Of a DNA stretch of 64,000 nucleotides, positions 10,901-19,770 are shown piece after piece. A program made the translations under genes and the position numbers. The notes beneath the pieces are model-generated. The model did not search any database. It saw nothing but the letters and a program-made list of their open reading frames with translations, and was not told where the DNA came from. This DNA is from an uncultured Clostridium sp. (lineage in GTDB: Bacteria; Bacillota; Clostridia; TANB77; CAG-508), in the NCBI GenBank assembly GCA_948465565.1, contig CAOJXR010000004.1:2557-66556 (forward strand). Direction: 5' to 3'. Position 1 is the first letter of the stretch. The number at the start of each line of letters is the position of its first letter.

Positions 10901-12564
10901 CTATAAGAACCTTGTTTAATAACACCACTATTATATTTACTTCCCCATCCATTTAATGGTCTACCATCAGTATCAGCCCATGCTGTTGAAGCAACATTGT
11001 AAGATAATTGCCATGCATAATTTCCGCCACCAGCATTTTTTAAATAAATATAAGCAGCGTGTGCTGGTTGCCCAACTACATAAGCAGGAACTCCCCAAAC
11101 ACCATAAAGGTTAGCAGCAGTTTTAGATAAACCTCCACATACAGCTCCTTCTTCAAAAACGATCCATAATTTTGGTTTACCTGCTTTATAAGTAATATTA
11201 TATTTTGATAATTCGTATTTTTTATCCCATTTTTCATAATTTGCTTGACTATAATATTGAGGTTTACCATAGCTGTAATTAAATGTGTAATTAATATATT
11301 TAAATGGATTTAAACGGTCTGTTGCTGGTTTTTTCTCAGAAAAATCATGTAACCACATAATTTCTTCATCATCAATGTTAACGAACATAACACCACGCAT
11401 CTCATCTATTGTAAAACTTTCAAACATTGCATTAGAAGATAAATCTCCATTTAAATGCATTTGTTTATAAATATCATAACGAGTTACTGCATCAGAAAAC
11501 TGATTTCCACCAGTCCATAGTCCAACATTTCCTGCATGTGTTAGAGATAATGATAACATCATCTTTAAATATAAATCTCTATATTTTGTTCCATTTGGTG
11601 TTAATTCTTCATTTTTTAAATCTTCTTTATAAGTATTATATAACCTACTTAATACCTGTAATGATTTTAAGTATGTTCCACTTGGTTTTCCTCCAATTGT
11701 CCATAAACGTAAAGCTTCTTCATCATTTAAAAACCATTCTAACATTTCTCTATTTTTTTGTTCCTCTTCTAAAAAACATCTAAGTTGATATTGACCAACA
11801 TTTTTAGCAAAGTTTCTTTGTAAAAGAGTAAGTCTTAAATCTTCTTTAATTGCTCCACCATTATATGATGTCTTTATAATTTCGTCAAATTCTTCTACTG
11901 TTGTTATAACATCATCATTATAGCCTTCTTTTACTAATTTAGCATCTCCCCATACTGCATGGTCGCTTGCATTAGAACCATTATCGTTAGCATATAATTT
12001 TATGTAGTTAGCATTTCTTATATCTATCTTTACCTGTACAGCATTATTTGAACTTTTAATTGCTACAGGATTTTCTTCAGTACGTAAATCCCATGTTTTT
12101 CCATCTTCTGAAGTATATATATAGAATTTTACACCATTTCCATTATTGCCTGACGTGCTATTCAAACCATAGTAAGTTGTAAAGTATGCATAATCTTTAT
12201 AATTACTAATATCGTATTCTATTGTAGATGTAGCATGTGCCCAAATACCTTTTTTTATTGTTATAGTTGAATTATTTATTCTCATAGATAATGATGTATT
12301 ATCTTGTGTTTTGTCTAGTGCAATTCTTCCCCATCCTACTTTTGCACTCTTATATGGGATATCAGATAAAAATATTACTTTTCCTTCTGCACTAATATCA
12401 TCTTTTAATACAGAATTATTTGATCTTTCTGATACACTATTGCTATTATGTGCATTTTCTTCATAAGCGGCATTTACATTTTTAGGATGCACTAGTATAC
12501 ATGCTAAAAATAAAATGCATAAAGATAATCGAAAAATTACTTTCGATTTTAATTGCTTTCTCAT
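7969..12564 (-). CDS. large secreted multidomain protein with two F5/8 type C (discoidin/NPCBM-like) modules, a transglutaminase-like Cys-His-Asp core, five ~85-aa tandem Ig-like repeats and a C-terminal type I dockerin
   Basis: 1531 aa with a signal peptide. GAVCGGLS...GVPAYVVG...HAAYIYL...DTD fits the transglutaminase-like core pattern. The repeat YTFTENGEFTFEFVD..GN.G...WIDK occurs five times. The C-terminus GDIDGNGEITLTDLAKMK...ADVNGTDTVTVTDLARLKLVLIG is a duplicated dockerin calcium-binding segment. Confidence 0.8.
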   Translation of the reverse strand: MRKQLKSKVIFRLSLCILFLACILVHPKNVNAAYEENAHNSNSVSERSNNSVLKDDISAEGKVIFLSDIPYKSAKVGWGRIALDKTQDNTSLSMRINNSTITIKKGIWAHATSTIEYDISNYKDYAYFTTYYGLNSTSGNNGNGVKFYIYTSEDGKTWDLRTEENPVAIKSSNNAVQVKIDIRNANYIKLYANDNGSNASDHAVWGDAKLVKEGYNDDVITTVEEFDEIIKTSYNGGAIKEDLRLTLLQRNFAKNVGQYQLRCFLEEEQKNREMLEWFLNDEEALRLWTIGGKPSGTYLKSLQVLSRLYNTYKEDLKNEELTPNGTKYRDLYLKMMLSLSLTHAGNVGLWTGGNQFSDAVTRYDIYKQMHLNGDLSSNAMFESFTIDEMRGVMFVNIDDEEIMWLHDFSEKKPATDRLNPFKYINYTFNYSYGKPQYYSQANYEKWDKKYELSKYNITYKAGKPKLWIVFEEGAVCGGLSKTAANLYGVWGVPAYVVGQPAHAAYIYLKNAGGGNYAWQLSYNVASTAWADTDGRPLNGWGSKYNSGVIKQGSYRLLAQEAQNEYDKYEQAQLILLLEDVYKNDRDKLKQIYLEAIEQEKINFDAWLGLVNSYITDGTKTDSDLIDLATEITKVYAYHPLPMYDLLKKIGTKISSPEYRSVLMMLQDRTLRQATKATAANTIYHAEVPVIANAILGVIDSRIATFSFTGANAGKIILSKQLQSAQVTWSYSLDGGNNWKEIYEHFAELTPEEINSINADNDIKIHISGLPMTEKNIFKIDINKGVFPSNTVSMDDLENRLNGTTDKMEWSLDPNSGEWTSFADGKPNLKGDVVVYLRLMAEGTNTTSNPVHYTFTMNASSLTNRFIARSNLEAVSASSTKGGNVKNILDGDITTSWRSKPGAVFTASYPVSDVVIKIIDKPRYVSELDYIPEQDAKTTIGGYTSGRAKKINVYVSMDGKTWELAATQNNLANSNSSKKIKFPEAKKAQYIKIECTEVNGMQPFENFFSISVINLYENPSASEIPTAEISYNIDTKTNKDVIAELVDENRPITVTNNEGRKSYTFTENGEFTFEFVDENGNVGRETAYVDWIDKTLPKAEVVYSTKELTKEDVVATITFDKENITILSTDVQIGENPTDKSKTITFDKNASYELKFKDELGNIGTKIIAVDWIDKEAPTAEIIYSTTNITDKPVIVTIEPNEEVTITNNDGKLEYTFTENGEFTFEFVDKAGNVGKVTANVNWISKLPKYTLTYSTTELTNKDVKVTLDIEEGYNILSNNGNNVYTFTENGEYDFEYIDQYGNRGWISASVDWIDKEAPIAELIYSTTNPTDKPVTVTMKTDEEVTVTNNNGSKEYTFTENGKFTFEYIDKLGNIGTAEAEVTWINKELEDEFLFDSEKYEIKEGYILNIRAKVNDKAGTTVEEFKGNINTNQTIKIVNKDNVEMQDNELIKTGLKLIVGGKQEYTLIVKGDIDGNGEITLTDLAKMKLHCIEKELLEGNALKAADVNGTDTVTVTDLARLKLVLIGYMNLE

Positions 12565-12641
12565 TTTAATACCTCCATACTATTTGTAAATAAATACATT
12601 TTTACATAATTATCGGTAATATTTTATCACATTTTTTCGAT

Positions 12642-13802
12642 TTAATCAATATGTAATAGTTGATTTATCAAAATTCTCATTTGTTCTTCATTCTCTTTAT
12701 TCATTTTAGTTTTTATGGTTACAACTTGCTCACATATTTCAATATTTTTCATGTCTGCCAAAATTTCTTTCATACATTTTGCTGCAATTGGTGCCCAAGA
12801 GCCATTTTCTATTATTCCTACTTTTTTATTTTGGAAATTTTTGTGTTTTAATGTTCTTAAGAATTTTTCTGTATCTGGGAATAGACCTGCGTCGTAAGTT
12901 GGTGATGCAATTATCATTTTGTCGTATTTGAATGCATCTTCTATTACTTCCGAAAAATCTGTTCTTACTAAATCAGATGTAACAATTTTTTCTGTTGTAG
13001 TTTCTTTTAGTATTTCTACTAATTTGTTTACAGCTTTTTCAGTGTTTCCATGTATTGAATTGTATGCAACCAATATTCCTTTTTCTTCTGATTTATAACT
13101 ACTCCATATATCATATTTGTTTATATAATATGGTATATTTTCATTTAATACTGGTCCATGTAATGGGCAAATCTTTTTTATTTCAAGATTTGCTGCTTTT
13201 TTTAATAAAGCTTGTACTTGCATTCCGTATTTTCCTACAATATTAAAATAATATCTTCTTGCTTCACGTGCCCAATCTTCGTCTATGTCTAGGCTTCCAA
13301 ATTTTCCAAATCCATCTGCTGAAAATAATATTTTTTCTGTTTGTTCATATGCTACCATTACTTCTGGCCAATGTACCATTGGTGCCATTATAAATTGTAA
13401 TTTATGATAGCCTAGGTCAAGTATATTGCCTTCTTGCATGATTACAATTCTTTCTGATAAATCTTTATTTATAAATTGTGGTAACATTTCTGATGCTTTT
13501 TTGCTTAGCACAATTTTCATTTCTGGGTATTTATCTGCAATTATTTCAATTCCTGCTGAGTGGTCTGGCTCTAGGTGTGAAACTACTAAATAATCAGCTG
13601 TACATTCTTCTAATGTTTCTTCTATGTTTTGAAGCCATTCTTTTACAGCTCTTTTGTCTACAGTATCCATTATGGTTATTTTTTCGTCTTGTATTATGTA
13701 CGAATTGTATGATACTCCATTTGGAATTTTATATTGGCTTTCAAATAGGTCTAGTATTTTGTCATTTACACCTACATATTTTATTTTTTCTGTAATATTC
13801 AT
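12642..13802 (-). CDS. FprA-family flavodiiron protein (metallo-beta-lactamase-like domain plus flavodoxin domain)
   Basis: 386 aa with an HLEPDHSAG diiron motif and a C-terminal flavodoxin fold. Confidence 0.85.
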   Translation of the reverse strand: MNITEKIKYVGVNDKILDLFESQYKIPNGVSYNSYIIQDEKITIMDTVDKRAVKEWLQNIEETLEECTADYLVVSHLEPDHSAGIEIIADKYPEMKIVLSKKASEMLPQFINKDLSERIVIMQEGNILDLGYHKLQFIMAPMVHWPEVMVAYEQTEKILFSADGFGKFGSLDIDEDWAREARRYYFNIVGKYGMQVQALLKKAANLEIKKICPLHGPVLNENIPYYINKYDIWSSYKSEEKGILVAYNSIHGNTEKAVNKLVEILKETTTEKIVTSDLVRTDFSEVIEDAFKYDKMIIASPTYDAGLFPDTEKFLRTLKHKNFQNKKVGIIENGSWAPIAAKCMKEILADMKNIEICEQVVTIKTKMNKENEEQMRILINQLLHID

Positions 13803-13861
13803 TCGTCTTTTCCTTTCTTTATTTTTTCAAATTTTATCACTTTGTGGCTGTTTTTTCAAGA

Positions 13862-14250
13862 TTGTATCTAGGTAGTCATTTTTTGTATAATAATCGTATA
13901 ACAGCTAACATTCAAATCAAATTCTTTGATGGTGCGTATATTTGCGTTCATCGGATTCAGTCGTTCTCTACAGTTAAGATTACTCTTTCTGGACATCCCA
14001 GTACTGAATATCAGGTATGGTTTACAAACACTGATACATTAAAGTACATTTACGGTAATGGATCCTCCTGCTCTAAGTATACCATTATGGGCGGGAGCAT
14101 GTACATCCAAATTACTCCGTATAACGGTGGCTCCAACTGGGTAACTGCCAAAATTGAAGTTAGTTAAATTTTCATCCTATTGCTATTAACCATCTGCACA
14201 ATTATGTTTGGTCGTTGGGAGGAACTTTCCTCCTAACGATTTTTAAAATT
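13862..14250 (+). other. GC-elevated ~350-nt transcribed unit, either a candidate sRNA or a foreign-origin gene fragment
   Basis: A promoter-like TTGTAT-N18-TATAAT sits at ~13862-13891. The body is ~42-45% GC with GC-rich codons (GCG, CGG, CCC, GGC) and ends in a strong terminator CGTTGGGAGGAA-CTTT-TTCCTCCTAACG plus a T-run at ~14203-14245. The 107-aa ORF (13844-14167) has its only upstream start, a GTG, before the promoter and no RBS. Confidence 0.3.
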
Positions 14251-14319
14251 TTTGCTTTTTATATTTTCTTGTAATTTCTTGTAATTTTTATTTAATATTA
14301 TAATTTGGAGGTATATATT

Positions 14320-14520
14320 ATGAATAAATTAAATAAAATCTTTTTATCTTTAATATTAATATTAATTGTCATTATAGGAATATTGACATATAATCTATTA
14401 AAGCAATCAAACGTTATTAATGAAAGTCTTGAACGGGAATTTTTACTTCAAAAAGAAAATGACAAATTATTCAATGAACTTTCTGAGTATAGATATTTAT
14501 ATGAATCTAGTAATACTTAA
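14320..14520 (+). CDS. small bitopic membrane protein with a coiled-coil tail (hypothetical; FtsB/DivIC-like architecture)
   Basis: GGAGG lies 8 nt before the ATG at 14320. MNKLNKIFLSLILILIVIIGILTY is a TM helix, followed by a charged, possibly helical C-terminus. A terminator follows. Confidence 0.5.
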   Translation: MNKLNKIFLSLILILIVIIGILTYNLLKQSNVINESLEREFLLQKENDKLFNELSEYRYLYESSNT

Positions 14521-14530
14521 AATACCAACG

Positions 14531-14580
14531 GCGTCTATTTCTATATAAATTAGTGTAATTGAAATAGATGCTTTTTAATA
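14531..14580 (+). terminator. rho-independent terminator
   Basis: GCGTCTATTTC...GAAATAGATGC stem (one G-U pair) followed by TTTTT. Confidence 0.5.
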
Positions 14581-14682
14581 TTTACTTTTAAATTAAAAGA
14601 TGATATTAAAAGATTTTGAATTGATTGCATTAGTTATAGTTCTAAAAATTAATCTTGAGAATTAAAAAATTTTGTATAAAAA

Positions 14683-14712
14683 AAGAATAATTTTTTTACA
14701 AATTATTCTTTA
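14683..14712 (-). terminator. rho-independent terminator directly after ftsL
   Basis: AAGAATAATT/AATTATTCTT 10-bp stem overlapping the ftsL stop codon, with a T-run on the minus strand. Confidence 0.55.
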
Positions 14713-15222
14713 AAATATATCTTTTAATGCATTTAATATTTTATCTAATATACTTTCGTCTTTTTCTATTACAATGCTTTCGGCAGCTGGTTGTATGTAA
14801 TCTTTTTTAGGTAGATTTACGTATATTATTTGTTTTGTTGATAATTTTTGCATCCCTAATAGTTCTTGTGCTTCTTGCGCAATATTACTGAAATTTAAAC
14901 TATTTTCAATATCTACCTTCATTTGTTCATTTTCTTTTTCAATTGATAGATATGCTTGTTTTAGTTCTTCGTTTTTTGTAAACGATTCATCGATTTTTGA
15001 ATTTCGATAACTTATTGCAAAAATTGATGCAAATACTGCAATTAAACTTATTATTATTTTTGTTCTGTTACTTTTATGAATGATTTCTGTTTTTGAAACA
15101 GTTTTTTTTCTAGGTGCTACATTTTTTTTAGGAACTTTTGGCTTTTCTTGTCTATATATTTCTTCAAGCTTTCTTGGACTTGTTTCATATTGATATCTTT
15201 GTATAGCCACTTTTCCTTGCAC
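14710..15222 (-). CDS. ftsL: cell division protein FtsL
   Basis: 170-aa bitopic protein with a basic N-terminus, one TM helix and a coiled-coil. It lies immediately downstream of rsmH in the canonical position. Confidence 0.8.
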   Translation of the reverse strand: MQGKVAIQRYQYETSPRKLEEIYRQEKPKVPKKNVAPRKKTVSKTEIIHKSNRTKIIISLIAVFASIFAISYRNSKIDESFTKNEELKQAYLSIEKENEQMKVDIENSLNFSNIAQEAQELLGMQKLSTKQIIYVNLPKKDYIQPAAESIVIEKDESILDKILNALKDIF

Positions 15223-15229
15223 CCCCTTT

Positions 15230-16162
15230 TTATATTTTTTCTATAATCCTTAGTTTTGCACTTTTACTTCTTGGATTTTCTTCCATTTCTTTTGGCGTCG
15301 GTAATATTGGCTTTTTAGTTATTATCTTTCCTTTTTTTACTGTTCCACAGGCACAATATGGTAAGCCTGATGGGCATATGCATTTTCCTTCTGTATCTAT
15401 ATATGCATTTTTTACTGCTCTATCTTCAAGTGAATGGAAAGTTATTACTGATAACCTTCCTTCTGGTTTTAGGCAGTCTATTGAATTTATAATTGTTTGA
15501 TATAATGGTTTTATTTCATTATTTACTTCTATTCTTATTGCTTGAAATGTTCTTTTGGCTGGATGTGAATCTTTATTTCTAAATTTTGCTGGAATTGAAC
15601 TTTCAATAATTTCAACCAATTGCTTTGTTGTTGTTATTTCTTGTTCTTTTCTTTTTAAGCATATATTTCTTGCAATCTGTCTAGAAAATCTTTCTTCACC
15701 ATATTCATAAATTATGTTTGCTAAATTTTCTTCTGAATATTTATTTATTACGAATTTTGCGTCAATTTCCTGAGATTTATCCATTCTCATATCTAAAATA
15801 TTTTCACCTAAATAACTAAATCCTCTGTTTCTTTCATCTAATTGATATGATGATACACCTAAATCTAATAAAATACCATCAACTTTTTCAATATTTAAGT
15901 TGTTTAATATTTCTTTTATGTCGTCATGGTTTCCATGATAATATGTTACATTTTCATATTTCTCAAGTTTTTCTTTTGCAGCTTTTAACGCATCTTCATC
16001 TCTATCTATCCCAATTAATCTACCGTTTGGTGATAATTTTTCTAGGATATGACTGCTATGTCCTGCTCCTCCTAAAGTTCCATCAACATATATACCATCT
16101 GGTTTTATATTTAGTCCTTCTATTGACTCGTTTAGTAATACTGATTTATGAACAAAATCCAT
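15230..16162 (-). CDS. rsmH: 16S rRNA (cytosine1402-N4)-methyltransferase
   Basis: 310-aa MraW/RsmH SAM-dependent methyltransferase located next to mraZ. Confidence 0.95.
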   Translation of the reverse strand: MDFVHKSVLLNESIEGLNIKPDGIYVDGTLGGAGHSSHILEKLSPNGRLIGIDRDEDALKAAKEKLEKYENVTYYHGNHDDIKEILNNLNIEKVDGILLDLGVSSYQLDERNRGFSYLGENILDMRMDKSQEIDAKFVINKYSEENLANIIYEYGEERFSRQIARNICLKRKEQEITTTKQLVEIIESSIPAKFRNKDSHPAKRTFQAIRIEVNNEIKPLYQTIINSIDCLKPEGRLSVITFHSLEDRAVKNAYIDTEGKCICPSGLPYCACGTVKKGKIITKKPILPTPKEMEENPRSKSAKLRIIEKI

Positions 16163-16194
16163 TTAAAATACCTTTTCTTTTCTATAACCTAAAA

Positions 16195-16266
16195 AGTTGG
16201 TATTAATTTTACCAACTGTCATTTCTTATAAGTAATTTCTTTGTATTCTGGGGTTTCCCCCAGAAT
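16195..16266 (-). promoter_or_regulatory. two stable hairpins in the mraZ-rsmH intergenic region
   Basis: AGTTGGTA-N7-TACCAACT (8 bp) at ~16195-16217 and ATTCTGGGG-TTTC-CCCCAGAAT (9 bp) at ~16245-16266. Confidence 0.4.
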
Positions 16267-16268
16267 AC

Positions 16269-16383
16269 TTTTATCTTTTGTTCTTTATTTTTTTCTTTTG
16301 TGTTTTATGTGAAATATCTTTTGAATTTTAATTAATTCTTTTGTTTATTTTTATCTTTTGTGTATTAAGGTTTTATCTTTTGT
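16269..16383. repeat. direct repeat family TTTTATCTTTTGT (3 perfect and 2 degenerate copies)
   Basis: Perfect copies at ~16269, ~16349 and ~16371. Degenerate copies at ~16290 and ~16334. Confidence 0.5.
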
Positions 16384-16405
16384 AGTTTATATAAACTTTT
16401 TCAAG

Positions 16406-16834
16406 TTATATACCAAGCATTGTCATGTTTTCAGCAATGTCTTCTACTGACATATTTTCATTGTTGTATTCTGTCCATTTTTCTTTATCCCAGATTTCAA
16501 TTCTTGTTCCAACACCTATAATTACAGTTTCTTTTACAAGTCCTGCTGCTTCTCTTAAGTTGTTTGGAATTAGGAATCTTCCTTGTTTGTCTATTTCACA
16601 TTCAGTTGCTCCTGATAAGAAAAATCTTACAAATTCTCTTGAATTTTTATTTGATAGTGGTAATGATTTTAACTTTTCTTCAAAGTTTGTCCATTCAGTG
16701 ATTGAGAACGCAAACAAGCAGCCATCTAATCCCTTAGTTACTACAAATGTATCACCTATTGATTCTCTAAGCTTAGCTGGCATTATTAATCTTCCTTTGG
16801 CATCTAAAGAGTGCTCAAATTCACCAATTAACAT
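16406..16834 (-). CDS. mraZ: transcriptional regulator MraZ
   Basis: 142 aa containing the duplicated MraZ domain; first gene of the dcw cluster. Confidence 0.95.
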   Translation of the reverse strand: MLIGEFEHSLDAKGRLIMPAKLRESIGDTFVVTKGLDGCLFAFSITEWTNFEEKLKSLPLSNKNSREFVRFFLSGATECEIDKQGRFLIPNNLREAAGLVKETVIIGVGTRIEIWDKEKWTEYNNENMSVEDIAENMTMLGI

Positions 16835-16853
16835 GCTGTTTCATCCTTTCTGG

Positions 16854-16921
16854 TGGTCACCACTTTCCACCACTTTTCTCCACCTTGGTTAAATTTTAAT
16901 ATATAAATTTATTATTTGCAA
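16854..16921 (-). promoter_or_regulatory. Pmra promoter (TTGCAA-N17-TAAAAT) with an MraZ-box-like operator of three tandem 10-bp GTGG repeats
   Basis: The minus-sense sequence reads GTGGAGAAAA GTGGTGGAAA GTGGTGACCA between the -10 element and the mraZ RBS. Confidence 0.5.
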
Positions 16922-17023
16922 GTGTTTTTTATATTTTTTTATACTTATTTTTAAAATTATTCACTTGATTTTTCAAGCTAGTATAACTTATAATATAGTA
17001 GAAAATTTTATATGGAGGTTTTT

Positions 17024-18028
17024 ATGAGTAATACTAAAAGCAAAAGGTCTCAACTTAAAGGTTTTTGTATTACATTATTTTTCGGTGTTTTATTAATAAT
17101 TGCATCAATTATTAGTAATGAATTTCCTGACGAAGTAAATAATCTTATTGAAGAAAATTTAAATATTCCAACAAATACATCAAATTTAATCTCCGTTAGT
17201 ACAGTAGAAAGTACTTTGGTTTCACCGGATTCTAAACTTCAAGTTTATTTTTTCGATGTTGGTCAAGCTGATTCAATTTTGGTTGTTGCTGATGAGCAAA
17301 CTATGCTTATTGACGCTGGTAACAATGAAGATGGTCCTCTTTTAGTAAATTATATTTCTGGACTTGGAATTGGTAAAATAGATTATTTGGTTGGTACTCA
17401 CCCTCATGAAGATCATATTGGTGGTTTAGATGATATTATAAATAATTTTGAGATAGGAAAGATTTACATGCCTGACGCTATTACTACAACAGCAACATTT
17501 GCTTCAGTTTTAGAGGCAATTTCTAACAAGGGATTGTCTATTACAAGATGTGATATTGGTAGCACTTTTGGTGTTGGTGATGGAATTTGTACAATAATGA
17601 GTGTTGAGAATGAAGAACAAAATAATTTGAATTTAAATTCTATTGTTATTCATTTGGCTTATGGGGATAAAACATTCTTATTTACTGGTGATGCTGAAAA
17701 GGCAAACGAAAATAGTGTATCTTGGCCTAAAGTTGATGTACTTAAAGTAGCTCATCATGGTTCTGATACTAGTAGTTCGGAAAAGTTTTTGAATAGTCTT
17801 AAACCTGAGACTGCTATTATTTCTGTTGGTACTAATAATACTTATTCTCATCCTTCTCGTGATGTTTTGACAAGACTTCAAAGTTTGGGAACTAAAGTTT
17901 ATAGGACTGATGAGGATGGTACAATTTTGATTACTTGTGATGGTAAGTCTTATAATGTGCAGACTTTTATGACTGCTCTTGATGGGAATGCTAGTACAGC
18001 AAACAAGGTTGTTAATGTAGAAGAATAA
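17024..18028 (+). CDS. membrane-anchored MBL-fold metallo-hydrolase (ComEC C-terminal-domain-like)
   Basis: GGAGG followed by an ATG at 17024. The protein has an N-terminal TM segment and HPHEDHIGG plus other lactamase_B motifs. Confidence 0.8.
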   Translation: MSNTKSKRSQLKGFCITLFFGVLLIIASIISNEFPDEVNNLIEENLNIPTNTSNLISVSTVESTLVSPDSKLQVYFFDVGQADSILVVADEQTMLIDAGNNEDGPLLVNYISGLGIGKIDYLVGTHPHEDHIGGLDDIINNFEIGKIYMPDAITTTATFASVLEAISNKGLSITRCDIGSTFGVGDGICTIMSVENEEQNNLNLNSIVIHLAYGDKTFLFTGDAEKANENSVSWPKVDVLKVAHHGSDTSSSEKFLNSLKPETAIISVGTNNTYSHPSRDVLTRLQSLGTKVYRTDEDGTILITCDGKSYNVQTFMTALDGNASTANKVVNVEE

Positions 18029-18029
18029 A

Positions 18030-18056
18030 AAAGAATCCTAAAGGATTCTTTTTTTA
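18030..18056. terminator. bidirectional hairpin terminator between convergent genes
   Basis: AAAGAATCCT...AGGATTCTTT followed by TTTTT. Confidence 0.5.
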
Positions 18057-18887
18057 TTCTTTATATTTTTCTCTTAGTAATTTGATTTCTTTTGCGTAGC
18101 CTTCTAGTTCGTTTGGTGTTTCTAAGAAGAATGGTAAGTTGCGTAATTTAGGATGGTTTATTATTCTTGTTATCGCTTCTAATCCGATATTTCCTTCTCC
18201 TATTTTCGCATGTCTGTCTTTGTGTGAACCGCAAATGTTCATACTATCATTTAAATGTATTGCATATAGATTTTCTAGTCCGATTATTTTATCAAATTCT
18301 TCTATGACTTCATCTAGTCTATTTACAATATCATATCCTCCATCAAAGATATGGCATGTGTCTAAACATACTCCTATATGCTCTTTGACAATTACTCTAT
18401 CCATGATATTTTTTATTTCTTGAAAGTTTCTTCCTATTTCAGAACCTTTTCCTGCCATTGTTTCTAGTAGTACTCTTGTTGTTTGTTCTGGTTTAATTAT
18501 CTCATTTAACATTTGAACGATGTAATCTGTTCCTTGCTCTACTCCTTGTCCTACATGGCTTCCTGGATGAAAGTTATACATACTTTCTGGGAAGTATTCC
18601 ATTCTTTTTAAATCATCTTCCATTGTATTTTTAGCAAATGTTCTGATATTTTCTGTTGCAGCACATGCATTTAATGTATATGGTGCGTGTGCTAATAAAT
18701 TATTTATTCCATGTTCTTTTGCTAATTCTTGAAATTTTTTTACATCTTCTTCATCAATTGGTTTTGCTGAACCTCCTCTTGGGTTTCTTGTAAAAAATTG
18801 TATTGTGTTTGCATCTATTGATACCGCTTCTTTTCCCATTGCATAAAATCCTTTTGATACTGATAAATGACAGCCTATTTTTAACAT
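18054..18887 (-). CDS. nfo: deoxyribonuclease IV (endonuclease IV)
   Basis: 277-aa AP endonuclease family 2 protein of TIM-barrel fold with the typical HxxxH...D...H...E metal ligands. Confidence 0.9.
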   Translation of the reverse strand: MLKIGCHLSVSKGFYAMGKEAVSIDANTIQFFTRNPRGGSAKPIDEEDVKKFQELAKEHGINNLLAHAPYTLNACAATENIRTFAKNTMEDDLKRMEYFPESMYNFHPGSHVGQGVEQGTDYIVQMLNEIIKPEQTTRVLLETMAGKGSEIGRNFQEIKNIMDRVIVKEHIGVCLDTCHIFDGGYDIVNRLDEVIEEFDKIIGLENLYAIHLNDSMNICGSHKDRHAKIGEGNIGLEAITRIINHPKLRNLPFFLETPNELEGYAKEIKLLREKYKE

Positions 18888-18888
18888 T

Positions 18889-19569
18889 TTATTTCCTCTT
18901 CATCTTTCTTAATTTATTTTTTACTTGTTCGTCTACTCTTGTTGATTCTATTATTTTCTGAATTGATTTGTTATATGCAAAATCGCTTAACTTATTGTTG
19001 TTTAAATATTCCTCTGTTTCTTTTGGGAATTTTATATAACAGATTGAAATAAGCCATGCTATTGCCATTTCAATATAATATTCATCTCTTTTTATTTTAT
19101 CTGTTATTTTGAAAATCTGTTGTATATGTTCTTTGTCAATAAAATAGTCTAATAATGATACTAATCCAAATCTAATTTCAAATTCTGTTTTGTTATTTTC
19201 TAAGTATTTTTGTATGAAATTATAAAACTTTTCTTTTTCTTTTATTTTTAGTCCAGCTACAAATATATCACAAACTGCCCAATTGTCTATATATGGAATG
19301 AATTCTTTAATGTATGTGAGTTTTGTGTCTATATCCATTTTTTCTAGTCCTATCATCATTCCTTTTAACATTATCTCTTCATAATATTCTGTTTGAATTT
19401 TATTGTAGTTTTTTTCAAAGCCTTCTTTTACTAATTCTTTGGCATAGTTTCTAAGTATTGGTACTCTTACGCCTACAATATTGTTTGTGTTTGGACATAG
19501 TCCTGAATGAAATTCTTTGTATTTTTCGTCAGCTAAACTAAATATTTTTTCTCTTATTACATTTTCCAT
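18889..19569 (-). CDS. DNA alkylation repair protein (AlkD/AlkC-like HEAT-repeat glycosylase family)
   Basis: 226-aa all-helical protein with typical AlkD-family sequence, adjacent to nfo. Confidence 0.75.
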   Translation of the reverse strand: MENVIREKIFSLADEKYKEFHSGLCPNTNNIVGVRVPILRNYAKELVKEGFEKNYNKIQTEYYEEIMLKGMMIGLEKMDIDTKLTYIKEFIPYIDNWAVCDIFVAGLKIKEKEKFYNFIQKYLENNKTEFEIRFGLVSLLDYFIDKEHIQQIFKITDKIKRDEYYIEMAIAWLISICYIKFPKETEEYLNNNKLSDFAYNKSIQKIIESTRVDEQVKNKLRKMKRK

Positions 19570-19657
19570 GTTTTAAAATATATCATAATGTTTGCTTATA
19601 TTCAATATTAATTTTGTTGGCATATAATAAATTCTTAATATACGTAGCTTTAATCAA

Positions 19658-19686
19658 TTGCTTATATTATGTAAATATGATATAAT
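19658..19686 (+). promoter_or_regulatory. sigma-A-like promoter TTGCTT-N17-TATAAT
   Basis: Located in the AT-rich region immediately upstream of the GC-rich cassette. Confidence 0.4.
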
Positions 19687-19770
19687 TAATAATCATAGAT
19701 TTTCTATGAGTGGTCCCTGTATTCCGCTTCGTGCGTTCACATAAAAAAAATAATTTTGGAGGTACCCTAT

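Noticed and set aside
14055-14070. GGATCC (BamHI) site inside the GC-elevated segment as a hint of cloning or engineering
   Set aside because: A single 6-mer occurrence is expected by chance in a GC-richer stretch. No vector-like sequence is nearby.
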